This document shows, piece by piece, positions 49,801 through 57,681 of a stretch of DNA of 64,000 nucleotides; the stretch's first letter is position 1; each line of letters starts with the position of its first letter. A program made the translations under genes and the position numbers. The stretch lies in IMG/VR virus record IMGVR_UViG_3300025653_003319. One strand, 5' to 3'. Under the pieces are notes generated by a model, which did not search any database, was not told the origin of the DNA, and worked only from the letters and a program-made list of their open reading frames with translations. The stretch is from an uncultured virus (IMG/VR IMGVR_UViG_3300025653_003319) (lineage: Duplodnaviria; Heunggongvirae; Uroviricota; Caudoviricetes).

Positions 49801-51069
49801 TGTTTGTGGTGCTCTTCGTTTAATGCTTTGTAAAGTTTCTGCGGCTGAACCATTTGAAACTGTGCCTTTTAATGACATCCTTAGAGTGAGTCTGTGTAAT
49901 TCACCTTTTCTGTTATAATAAGGTAATACTAATTCTTTGTTTTGAAAATCTGCTGGTCTAATAGATAAGTTTTCGCCAATGCTGGTTCTGTAATAAATTC
50001 TAAAAATTCCAGAAGGTATGTTTGCAAAATTACCGTCTGAGAATCTTATTCTCACACCGTCGTCAAATAAGTTGTCAATTGCATATAAGTTTCTGGATTC
50101 TAGACTAGTTGCATTATATAATAAAGTCTGTCCTTGAAGATTGCTGACTTTTTGCCAAGTAAGTTGGTTAACAGCATTATTATCCATTTGATGCACAAAT
50201 ACATCTGTTTCGTTTATGTTAGCAACCGGTATATCTACTGTTCTGTTAGGCAATGCCCTTTCAAAAATATAATCTTCAAAACTTAATACACCCTGCTTAA
50301 ACATCATAAAAAATCCTGTATAAGGACTTTCTAAACCTCTTTTATCATTTCGATAACAAATTCTCATTTGACTATAAATGTCTGGTTGTGCTTCTTTGAA
50401 AACACCGTTTTCTATATGTGTACTAACAAATTCAAAAGGTACACTAACACCATTTACAGTTGCACTGGTTGGGAATATAGGGGTTGAGCCTATTTCATTA
50501 TTGAACCCATATATCTGTGTAGCAATACCGCCTACTGTTCCTTCAACAATAGGTTTTGTAAAAGGGTTTGTTACAGAAAATGCACTATTTAAAACTGTAA
50601 TAAATTGATCAAAACTATTTGCATTTGTTGGATCATTCCAGTCTATTCTGATATCTTGTAAACTTTCGCCCGAAGCGTCTAGTAAAGGTTCGTCTGTTTC
50701 TATACTATCAATTTTTACTAATCCACTTGCTGGTATATTTCTTTTAGGAGCATAACCTAGCATATCTGCTAAACGTAAAATACTGTCTCTACTTTCTGCG
50801 GTAGCAAGGAAGTTTTCCCTGGTATTTAAATCTGCTCTGAATGATAAACTTTGCGAAAGATATGCTAATAATTCTATAATAGCAATAAATTCAGAACTCT
50901 CAATGTAGTCATTGAAAGATTCTGGATAATTTTCTCTTATGTAATTAAGCATAGATGTACGCATTGTACTAAAATCATATGCCTTGAAACTTACTTGGGT
51001 GAATGCCTGATAGGCTAATTCCCAGTCCTCTGCGGCAAATAGATTTTGATTTCTATTGCTAATTGACAT
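46858..51069 (-). CDS. gp6: Baseplate wedge subunit, T4 gp6-like, extended
   Basis: YDFSTMR, FNDYIESSE, ELLAY, ENFLATAE, LGYAPKR, FSDGNFANIP, QNRMVSAQDY; directly follows gp25. Confidence 0.85.
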   Translation of the reverse strand: MSISNRNQNLFAAEDWELAYQAFTQVSFKAYDFSTMRTSMLNYIRENYPESFNDYIESSEFIAIIELLAYLSQSLSFRADLNTRENFLATAESRDSILRLADMLGYAPKRNIPASGLVKIDSIETDEPLLDASGESLQDIRIDWNDPTNANSFDQFITVLNSAFSVTNPFTKPIVEGTVGGIATQIYGFNNEIGSTPIFPTSATVNGVSVPFEFVSTHIENGVFKEAQPDIYSQMRICYRNDKRGLESPYTGFFMMFKQGVLSFEDYIFERALPNRTVDIPVANINETDVFVHQMDNNAVNQLTWQKVSNLQGQTLLYNATSLESRNLYAIDNLFDDGVRIRFSDGNFANIPSGIFRIYYRTSIGENLSIRPADFQNKELVLPYYNRKGELHRLTLRMSLKGTVSNGSAAETLQSIKRRAPQTYYTQNRMVSAQDYNVFPLSQSVNILKLKSTNRTHAGHSRYIDIEDPTGRFSSVTSFADDGALYKDIENKDTYLTFGTSRTAMQILKEDVANITKDVNLQNFVYDDYRKLHKGLDALAFDLTSNNKDITWVTQPSKNKNNTGYFTRLDGGIRTTLNNSVNENRIIQAGSYIKFKNPNDPTQEELATITSITNNGVPTNLLSVTEGVVKLNKEIPNAWRATEIIPTLNSNSLETDIGNAFDTRIKAKEDFGIGYNFRPGGSNITHWYVIDNSNLQKNADFNPDLTSGASWLMKFEYNSTNSTTNISNYTVTTRGTRIIFESLKDIKFYFSSDEKTFDSKTGRVLKDTIALTTANFKPELVETYNWVDTNLDDIGDSWQLESTNATYTPNVGNSPEIILRSRDTKAKDLEIRFISNFGLLVNGEASVSPTADYSQGDFAPAVSTTIAVDPISATTGKAVVKLNSAKLSALPSGITIPLSKFGTSIIGGANGNIAYVNYDTGSSSYKTYTGNATTTTFEVGDSASEGFIDLTSTTSLKISDFDSLSSRWNGFKHADKLQVVYKNVKESLDKPLQFEIVDSYRYGDGFADPAKVVVKPVDSDYDGFPDDPDLFDKFVGSTDFVFFEQYTDLDGYTYERPAKFKILNFATETEISVDYVLDTVAPGSDPDNKTPFTDFDLIIVKDLSVAEKYLKNNLGKLNHKLVFPRSLLPKVYELINDLTTPKMIVLTENNQYNVKVGRSFEQNTLQANPRKCSFEWQHIAPSDVRIDPSISNVVEMFMLTKSYYQAMLSYKNGGTSILPSAPTSEQLAQDFAGLDEFKSVSDQLVYSSGKFKLLFGNDAEPELQAKIKVVKLPGSTTTDAEVRSAVLELIDTYFNVENWDFGETFYFSELSAYIHQELGKAIASVVIVPSKSESIFGDLYQVRAASDELFFSTATVDNVEVVKSLSSANLKQLKGNVINKSSTTNSSSSSSSSSSSGSSGSGY
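46882..46915. repeat. (ACTGCT)n microsatellite encoding the poly-Ser tail of gp6
   Basis: About 5.7 copies; reads AGT AGC repeats on the minus strand, giving a Ser run followed by GSSGSGY. Confidence 0.9.
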
Positions 51070-51440
51070 TATGTATCTCCATTAAATTCTCTTTCTAACC
51101 TAACCTCTAATACATCTTGACTTTGATCTACATTATATTCTAAATAAAGTTCTACTTGTAAAAAATGATCTGTATTTGTAATTTTTACATCAAGTAATTC
51201 TACTCTTGGGTCATTACCAACTATAGTGTTGCATTCTTCTTGTACATCTTGCATTGTTAGATTATCAAACGGCTCCATTAGAACATCGTGTATAATACTA
51301 CCATATTCTGGTCTCATAACTCTTTCCCCTTTACGAGTCTGAAAATGATTTAATAAATCTTGTTTAACTAAATCTAAATCCGTAAGTGTGTAAGGTGGTT
51401 TTTTCTTGTTATCTGTACTGAATCCAATAAATGTTGCCAT
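51069..51440 (-). CDS. gp25: Baseplate wedge subunit gp25-like
   Basis: LVKQDLLNHFQTRKGERVMRPEYGSII..EP..DPRV. Confidence 0.92.
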   Translation of the reverse strand: MATFIGFSTDNKKKPPYTLTDLDLVKQDLLNHFQTRKGERVMRPEYGSIIHDVLMEPFDNLTMQDVQEECNTIVGNDPRVELLDVKITNTDHFLQVELYLEYNVDQSQDVLEVRLEREFNGDT

Positions 51441-51444
51441 ACAA

Positions 51445-51453
51445 GTATTTATC
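51445..51453 (-). promoter_or_regulatory. Late-promoter-like motif GATAAATAC
   Basis: TAAATA ends 5 nt before ATG 51440; no Shine-Dalgarno sequence. Confidence 0.65.
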
Positions 51454-51517
51454 AGTAATATTAACGGATGCTTTAATGATGGGGGTTTTTGGGCCTTTTA
51501 CTGTTTTACTAAAAAAT

Positions 51518-52102
51518 CTACTTTTGAAGTTTTGCCGTTCCGGCTTGTATCACTGCGGCTAAAACATCATCTGGAGCATTTTGCACCCACTTATTAACTT
51601 CCTGTTGCTGATTAGAGTCTAAATTATCACCTTTCACATTTGGTATATTTGTATTATCGTTAGAGGAAGGCTGTGTCTGTGCATCAGCATAAGCCAAGTT
51701 TAAAAATATCGCACTTTTGTTTTCGCCATCAAATTGCACTGGAGCATCTGAGGATGATTGCTTTGCAAGATTTTGCAATGGCGGATTGGCTTTTAAAAAA
51801 TCAAATGTGCTAGTTTGGTTCTTCAGTCTAGGAGATGTTGCCATCCATTGTTTGAATTGTTCAATATTGAGTGTCTCAGGTGGTTGATCCGGATGATTTT
51901 GTACCAACCATTTCTGATATTTTGTAGCAATAACATTTGCGGCTTTCATGCCTTTTGCTTTAACGTCACCGCGAATGTTGGAAATTTTTGCACGATTACT
52001 GCCTAATTTACTTCCAATTTTACTGACAACATTTTTTGCACCTTGCTTCATTCGGTCAACTGCACCGAATTCAACTTCGTTTATTACTTCATCAATTCTC
52101 AT
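51518..52102 (-). CDS. Hypothetical protein, possible internal head protein
   Basis: N-terminus MRIDEVINEVE followed by a basic region; AGGAG RBS and GATAAATA at 52121-52128. Confidence 0.6.
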   Translation of the reverse strand: MRIDEVINEVEFGAVDRMKQGAKNVVSKIGSKLGSNRAKISNIRGDVKAKGMKAANVIATKYQKWLVQNHPDQPPETLNIEQFKQWMATSPRLKNQTSTFDFLKANPPLQNLAKQSSSDAPVQFDGENKSAIFLNLAYADAQTQPSSNDNTNIPNVKGDNLDSNQQQEVNKWVQNAPDDVLAAVIQAGTAKLQK

Positions 52103-52120
52103 TTAATATCTCCTGCCAGT

Positions 52121-52152
52121 TATTTATCTCTTTTCTTATATCAATTAAATAA
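52121..52152. promoter_or_regulatory. Divergent pair of late-promoter-like TAAATA motifs
   Basis: GATAAATA on the minus strand (52121-52128) and TTAAATAA on the plus strand (52145-52152) between divergent genes. Confidence 0.45.
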
Positions 52153-52182
52153 TTACAAGTACAACTATTACTAGAGGAAATT

Positions 52183-52728
52183 ATGAAATATGTTTTAGCA
52201 GTTGCACTGGCAGACGAACTCGAAGGATTGCAAGGCAACTATAACACAATTATTACAGGTGTTGGTAAGATTAACGCCACACTTAAACTCACTGAGTATT
52301 TGACAAATAATCCAGATACAGAACTGGTTATCAATTATGGTACTGCTGGAGGAGTAGACCCTAATATGAAAGGCATGTTGCACATTGGAAAATTTGTACA
52401 AGCAGATATGGATTGTAGAGAATTTGGCTTTGACAAATATCAAACACCATTTGAAACAAATACCCAAGAAATTGTGGTTGACCACAAAGGATTTACATGT
52501 TATACTCAAGATAAGTTTGCTACAACTAAACCTGATGGTTATTGCAATGTAGTTGACATGGAGGCTTATGCAATCGCTAAAGTGTGTATGCATTTTGGCG
52601 TAGACTTTAAATGTTTAAAGTTTATAAGCGATATAATCGGACAAGGAGATCAGACATCCGAATGGCAGGCGAATAAAGCATTAGGTGTCGAGATGTTCGA
52701 GTCCACATTAAAGGATTTAATAAAATAA
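52183..52728 (+). CDS. mtnN: 5'-methylthioadenosine/S-adenosylhomocysteine nucleosidase (compact)
   Basis: TGVGKINAT, INYGTAGG, QADMD, TQDKF, VDMEAYAIAKVC, KFISD. Confidence 0.9.
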   Translation: MKYVLAVALADELEGLQGNYNTIITGVGKINATLKLTEYLTNNPDTELVINYGTAGGVDPNMKGMLHIGKFVQADMDCREFGFDKYQTPFETNTQEIVVDHKGFTCYTQDKFATTKPDGYCNVVDMEAYAIAKVCMHFGVDFKCLKFISDIIGQGDQTSEWQANKALGVEMFESTLKDLIK

Positions 52729-52730
52729 AA

Positions 52731-54716
52731 ATGAACGAATTTGATAAAAACTTTCACATAAACTTTAGTCCACTTTACATTGCCGCAGTTGTGATGTTTT
52801 TTCTATTATGGGCAGTAGAGGCTAAAGCAGACGAGATAGAAGAAATTGTTGTAACTGCTCAACAAGAAAAAGTGGTCAAAGCAGACCCAATAACTAGCGG
52901 TAGTTTAATAAGTGCTATTATGCCAGCCTTTACTTGGAATCCAGGTGGCTATGGAGGCTTTGTAGGTTTCAATGAAAGAGGTGCTCAAACATCTCACACT
53001 TCAGTTTATGTGAATGGTATCCCGGCAAATGATCCAGGGGCAAGTTGGTATGACTTTGGACATGACTTTGCAAGTGGACAAACAGTAAAAGTAATTACTG
53101 GTGCAAATGGTGTTATATATGGCTCAGGCAGTATGGCAGGATCAGTACTTATACAGGATACAATAGAAAGAGGTATTACACTTAGAGTAGAAGATGGTAT
53201 AAACTATGTCAGAGTTGCTCCAATAGATCAGTTAGAGTTTAGTACGGTTAAAGATGGCATGGATAGTGTTCGTAATGACAATGAAGAGGAAGATAATTAC
53301 GAAAACAAAACTGCTAGGTTTAATGTAGATGCAGGAGACTTTACTATTGTAGGTAAGTTTACTGAATACGAATACGACTATGACAACTGTTATGATTATA
53401 ATTGGGGTCAAAGCAATGACTGTTTACAAGACGGCCAAAGATATAATATTGCTATTAGAAATGATTATATTACAATAGGTAGAAACTATAATACTGCTGA
53501 GTATTTCACAGTAGAAGATCCTACATATTTAAATGAGGGTTATAGAGATTATTTTAGAATAGGCAATCAAGTAGAACTCAGTCAAAGTTTAAATGTTGCA
53601 TTTGGTATAGATGTAGAAAAACAGTATTACAATACAAGCAGTTGGCAAAATGTGGAAGGATCTGAAACAGTTTTAGTAAGTGATACAAGACCAGGTTCCT
53701 TTACAGATGAAAATTTAACATATAATGATGGTACATTATTACCTTTGTGGAACGGTACAATAGAACCTGATCTTGATAATGCATATGAAGTTATACAAGG
53801 TAACGGTGTATATACTCTAACACAAATAGATGAAAAGTATTCAGACGAAAATGGAGGTATATACTTTCAAGCCAATGCTAACTTTATACTAAATTATAAC
53901 TTTGGTATTAGACTGGGCAACGATGATCAGAATGCTCTTAGACTGGGTATTGAAAAAGGCGACTGGTTCTTTAATATAGGAAACAGTTTTAGAAAGCCTA
54001 ATCTATATGAAAAGTTTGGCGATGGATATGTACAAGGTAATGAAGAACTAGAACCTGAAAAAGGTGTAGGCATTGAATTAGGATATGGTGTGCTAAGTGT
54101 GTTTATGTATGATTTTGAAGAATCAATAGAGTATGTTCCAGGATATTATACAGACAATATTACAACATCATTGGAATTAGATGCTGAAGCATCTGTTAAT
54201 ACAGATGGTACATATGGTGGTTGTGTTTTAGATCCTAATTATACAGCATCAGATGGAATGCCATTAGGTTGTGCATATGAAATTGTAGAAGATAATAATC
54301 CAGTTTACACTATGGCTACATATTCTAACACAGGAGAGTACACCACAGCAGGTGTTAGATATGCAAATAACTTTGGTCCTGTTTTTATAATGTTAAAATA
54401 TACTGATACAGACCAAACTAGAGTACCTAAATTTGCTGGTGTATTACAATACAGCGAAGACTTTTTTGATGTAAACTTTAGATTAAAGTACGCATTTAAT
54501 TTAGATAGAGCACCTGGTCCCTATGATGTATTAGAAGAAGGGCAGGAGTATTTGGAAGATCTAAATAAGTTAAACTTATATGTAACCAAAGTGTTTACAA
54601 ATGGCTTAACACTTTCTTTTAAAGCAGAAAACATAACAGATGAAATTGTAGAGGTTGTTCCTTTTTATAATACACAAGGTAGAGAAATTTACTTGACATT
54701 ACATTATAACTGGTAA
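52731..54716 (+). CDS. TonB-dependent outer-membrane receptor (BtuB-like architecture)
   Basis: Signal peptide ending AKA; TonB box EEIVVTA; plug motifs RGAQTSHTSVYVNGIP and GANGVIYGSGSMAGSVLI; barrel motifs SFRKPNLYE, GNEELEPEKG, ENITDE; C-terminus GREIYLTLHYNW. Confidence 0.9.
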   Translation: MNEFDKNFHINFSPLYIAAVVMFFLLWAVEAKADEIEEIVVTAQQEKVVKADPITSGSLISAIMPAFTWNPGGYGGFVGFNERGAQTSHTSVYVNGIPANDPGASWYDFGHDFASGQTVKVITGANGVIYGSGSMAGSVLIQDTIERGITLRVEDGINYVRVAPIDQLEFSTVKDGMDSVRNDNEEEDNYENKTARFNVDAGDFTIVGKFTEYEYDYDNCYDYNWGQSNDCLQDGQRYNIAIRNDYITIGRNYNTAEYFTVEDPTYLNEGYRDYFRIGNQVELSQSLNVAFGIDVEKQYYNTSSWQNVEGSETVLVSDTRPGSFTDENLTYNDGTLLPLWNGTIEPDLDNAYEVIQGNGVYTLTQIDEKYSDENGGIYFQANANFILNYNFGIRLGNDDQNALRLGIEKGDWFFNIGNSFRKPNLYEKFGDGYVQGNEELEPEKGVGIELGYGVLSVFMYDFEESIEYVPGYYTDNITTSLELDAEASVNTDGTYGGCVLDPNYTASDGMPLGCAYEIVEDNNPVYTMATYSNTGEYTTAGVRYANNFGPVFIMLKYTDTDQTRVPKFAGVLQYSEDFFDVNFRLKYAFNLDRAPGPYDVLEEGQEYLEDLNKLNLYVTKVFTNGLTLSFKAENITDEIVEVVPFYNTQGREIYLTLHYNW

Positions 54717-54792
54717 AAAATATCATATTTTGATTTGTTTGAATTGAATTAGTAGTAAATACAAGTGTATCATTTAACAACATAGGACTAAA

Positions 54793-55056
54793 ATGAAAAC
54801 TGATAAAATTATTAAGAATATTGTATCTACTTTTAAAGATCTAGAGGAAAAGGCCAGTCACATTAATTCGGCAAGTGGTAAGACTGTAATTCACTCTATG
54901 ATACAAAGAGATAGGAGAGGCAAGTTTGATAGTTTGGGATTTTATAATTCTAAAACTAAAAGATATGCCTTAGTTTTTATAAGAGATTACATTGCAAGAA
55001 ATGTAGATGTAATTCCTGAACTGGATGACATGAAAAGAGTTATCACTGTAAAATAA
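54793..55056 (+). CDS. Hypothetical small basic protein
   Basis: 87 aa; AGGAC RBS; GTAAATAC at 54755-54762. Confidence 0.65.
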   Translation: MKTDKIIKNIVSTFKDLEEKASHINSASGKTVIHSMIQRDRRGKFDSLGFYNSKTKRYALVFIRDYIARNVDVIPELDDMKRVITVK

Positions 55057-55262
55057 TGACCGACCACTTAACAAAAAAATTCACAAACAATACCTTAGAA
55101 GAAGATTTAAGAATTATGCTCGTTGAAAAAAACAACGAGTGTAATGCACTTAGAGAAGAAATAAAAATGCTTAAAGTGTCTGTTGCTGAAGAGTCAGATG
55201 CAAAGTATAGAGCATTTGTTAAAATTTCTGATTTACAAAGAGAATTAAATTCGACTAAATAG
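55056..55262 (+). CDS. Hypothetical coiled-coil protein
   Basis: 68 aa; TAATG coupling to the upstream ORF; heptad-like Leu/Ile spacing. Confidence 0.6.
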   Translation: MTDHLTKKFTNNTLEEDLRIMLVEKNNECNALREEIKMLKVSVAEESDAKYRAFVKISDLQRELNSTK

Positions 55263-56063
55263 GTTGGCTTCGGCTACACGTCTATTGTATAATAATGTGC
55301 TGATTCCATTACCTCTTTTAATAGGTATTTCAGTAAACTCCATAAAGTATGTAGCACAATTATAATTTTCACTATTGAGTGCTTTTATTAATTTGCTAGT
55401 TGTAAATTTTTTCATACCTATATCAAATGCTAGAGATATTAATGCAACTGTTTGATTTGTATTAAGCGGTACTTTGACTCTGTCTACTACCACACTAAAA
55501 GCACGGGTCAAATCAAGTTTATACAGCCTATCGATAAATTCTGGTTTTGCACCATTTACTAGACTATAAACATAAAAATTATTTATTTGGTCATATACAG
55601 CAATTGATTTTACTGCTAATTCATAATCAACTCTACCATTTTTAATAATAGTTGCTCCTTGTAAGTAAGCATGATTATTTCTAATAATTTTTCTTACATC
55701 AGGATGATCTAAATCCAGTTTACTATAATCATTGAATGCTATCATTTTGTTTGATATTTCTAGAGAACTCATTTTATGAGATATACCAATGTATGTTTCG
55801 TTTTGTATTTCAGTTGGCACAAGATATGTATTAAAATTACCAATTATAAAATCATTTGCATGTATTAAAATTTGAGTCGTATCTACTAAATTAGGCAGAA
55901 TAAATTTAGGTACTACTGTATTTGTTTTAGAATATACTCCAGTAAGATAATCTGTGCCTTCAAAATGTGATCCTATATAAAAACCACCTGGGTTACAATA
56001 ACTTAACGGTACATTATCCGATGGATCCAACTGCCCTATATTTAGATCATCTATGTATGCCAT
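55245..56063 (-). CDS. Baseplate-associated GH24 lysozyme-like protein, possibly degenerate
   Basis: VPLNTNQTVALISLAFDIG, SKLIKALN, LYNRRVAEANLF; YIGISH matches the TIGYGH position; start 56063 from the TAATG overlap with gp5. Confidence 0.7.
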   Translation of the reverse strand: MAYIDDLNIGQLDPSDNVPLSYCNPGGFYIGSHFEGTDYLTGVYSKTNTVVPKFILPNLVDTTQILIHANDFIIGNFNTYLVPTEIQNETYIGISHKMSSLEISNKMIAFNDYSKLDLDHPDVRKIIRNNHAYLQGATIIKNGRVDYELAVKSIAVYDQINNFYVYSLVNGAKPEFIDRLYKLDLTRAFSVVVDRVKVPLNTNQTVALISLAFDIGMKKFTTSKLIKALNSENYNCATYFMEFTEIPIKRGNGISTLLYNRRVAEANLFSRI

Positions 56064-57673
56064 TATTTGTTTGTCCTTGAAGGACTTGGTTCTATACCAG
56101 GCCATCTTGTAATAATAGTATTAACTTTTTTATCAAATAAAAGCAATGGCGTTAATGGACTTTTGCCTTGTTCTGCTCTTTTAGGATAACCACCTGATAG
56201 TATACCTGCTAATTCAAACGATAGTAATGTGTTTGTTGTTTCGGTTGTTTTTATGCCACTCATGTTAGGTGCAACAGGCAAAGGTGGCAAAGTCGGCAAT
56301 GTTGTTGTTTGAATATCAACTGTGTCGCCAGCATTGATGTATGTTTTTGTTAGACCCATTATATGTGTATGAGTTGTTGAAAATATATCTACATCTCCCA
56401 TTGACTTGATTTGTAATGTAGGTTCAGAGGGCGGATTATTTGCAGAGGCTGGTGCGGCTATTTCTATTTGTGTGCCTGCCATATGTACTTTGTTATCACC
56501 AAATAATTGTAAACTACCTGGCATTGTGGTACCAGCGGTTGTAAATAGTCTAGGTCTTGCTTCTATACTTATAGCATTAGAATACATATTAATATCTTTC
56601 ACACCTTCGATGTTCACACTACCGTTATTTAATACACTCTGATATACTGGATTTAAGTATGCTAATTCTTCTACATCTACAATACCTTTTTGTGTTTCGT
56701 TAGGGTCGTTTGGATGTGGATAGTTGTTAGCGGCTTTGATATTAACATTTTGTCCTGCTTCTATATTTACATCCTTGTCCGCTCTGAGGTTCATATCACC
56801 TGATGTTCTTACATTGTAACTGCCTGTGCCGTAAATGTCTATGTTACCATCGGCATCTATTTCTATATGCCCTGTACCTGACTTATTAGATATGTATATT
56901 AAATTTTCTGCGTCATTGAGTACTATTTGATTTCCGCCACCGGTTCGTATTCTTATAAATGGATTATCGTTACTATCATCCATTACAAATTGATGTCCAG
57001 CATGTCTTAGTCCTGGATCTTTAGGATTCTTGGGACCTGGTGTTAATATACCATATACTTCACTTGCGCCTTCCCGCCTAGCACCACTAGTACTTTGCCC
57101 TCTTATAAAATCATCTATCAGTCCTTGTGAAAAAATAACACTTTCTAATTCGTGCATTGATCTGTCATCTGCTTTTACTTTGACACTTTTAACAGTACCG
57201 CTGTATTCTACATTATGATCCTTGATATTTGCAGACATGTTTGCTTCATTAACAGGTGTCACTCCACCTATGGATTTTCCTGCTGGAATACCTGGTACCA
57301 TAAAATTTCTATTTGTTTGAAATAAGCACCCTAAGATTATTCCGGAGAGTTGGCCTTCGTATTCATAAAAACCTACTACAACTTGATTACCATTATCAGG
57401 TGGTCTCATCCACATTCCATAACTGGTTTGTGCAACGTCAGGTGCATTTTTATCGCCTGTGCCTCTCTCAGGAGTTGCACCAGCAAATGGTGATGTCCAT
57501 ATACAATCAAATAAGGCACTAGTACTTTTGTTTGTGCCTGTTAATTCTGGTATATGCACTAAGAGTATTCCATTTCTAGAAGGATCGTCTGCACTAATTA
57601 CTGTGCCAAAATACAGCGACAAACCTTTACTTGCATTGGATGTGATTTTTTCTTTTATGCGGTTTGGTATCAT
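56063..57673 (-). CDS. gp5: Baseplate central spike, gp5/VgrG-like (OB fold + beta-helix)
   Basis: GTVISADDPSRNG.L.V.IP, SYGMWMRPPD.G..V.V, GHQFVMDD, IRIRTGGGNQI, repeated G.(I/V).I strands. Confidence 0.85.
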   Translation of the reverse strand: MIPNRIKEKITSNASKGLSLYFGTVISADDPSRNGILLVHIPELTGTNKSTSALFDCIWTSPFAGATPERGTGDKNAPDVAQTSYGMWMRPPDNGNQVVVGFYEYEGQLSGIILGCLFQTNRNFMVPGIPAGKSIGGVTPVNEANMSANIKDHNVEYSGTVKSVKVKADDRSMHELESVIFSQGLIDDFIRGQSTSGARREGASEVYGILTPGPKNPKDPGLRHAGHQFVMDDSNDNPFIRIRTGGGNQIVLNDAENLIYISNKSGTGHIEIDADGNIDIYGTGSYNVRTSGDMNLRADKDVNIEAGQNVNIKAANNYPHPNDPNETQKGIVDVEELAYLNPVYQSVLNNGSVNIEGVKDINMYSNAISIEARPRLFTTAGTTMPGSLQLFGDNKVHMAGTQIEIAAPASANNPPSEPTLQIKSMGDVDIFSTTHTHIMGLTKTYINAGDTVDIQTTTLPTLPPLPVAPNMSGIKTTETTNTLLSFELAGILSGGYPKRAEQGKSPLTPLLLFDKKVNTIITRWPGIEPSPSRTNK

Positions 57674-57681
57674 ATTACTAT

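Noticed and set aside
17241..51069. Collagen Gly-X-Y repeats as substrate for the PLOD/COLGALT fusion
   Set aside because: No sustained (GXY)n run was found in the structural proteins of this window.
52103..52182. Cobalamin riboswitch upstream of the MTAN/receptor pair
   Set aside because: The gap is 80 nt, very AT-rich and lacks a B12-box; it is too short for this element.
54693..54726. TTGACA at the end of the receptor gene as a sigma70 promoter
   Set aside because: The nearest -10-like hexamer (TATCAT) is 22 nt away; the GTAAATAC motif explains the downstream gene better.
56063..56105. 43-nt overlap suggesting a frameshift between gp5 and the lysozyme
   Set aside because: An ATG at 56063 overlapping the stop (TAATG) gives ordinary translational coupling.
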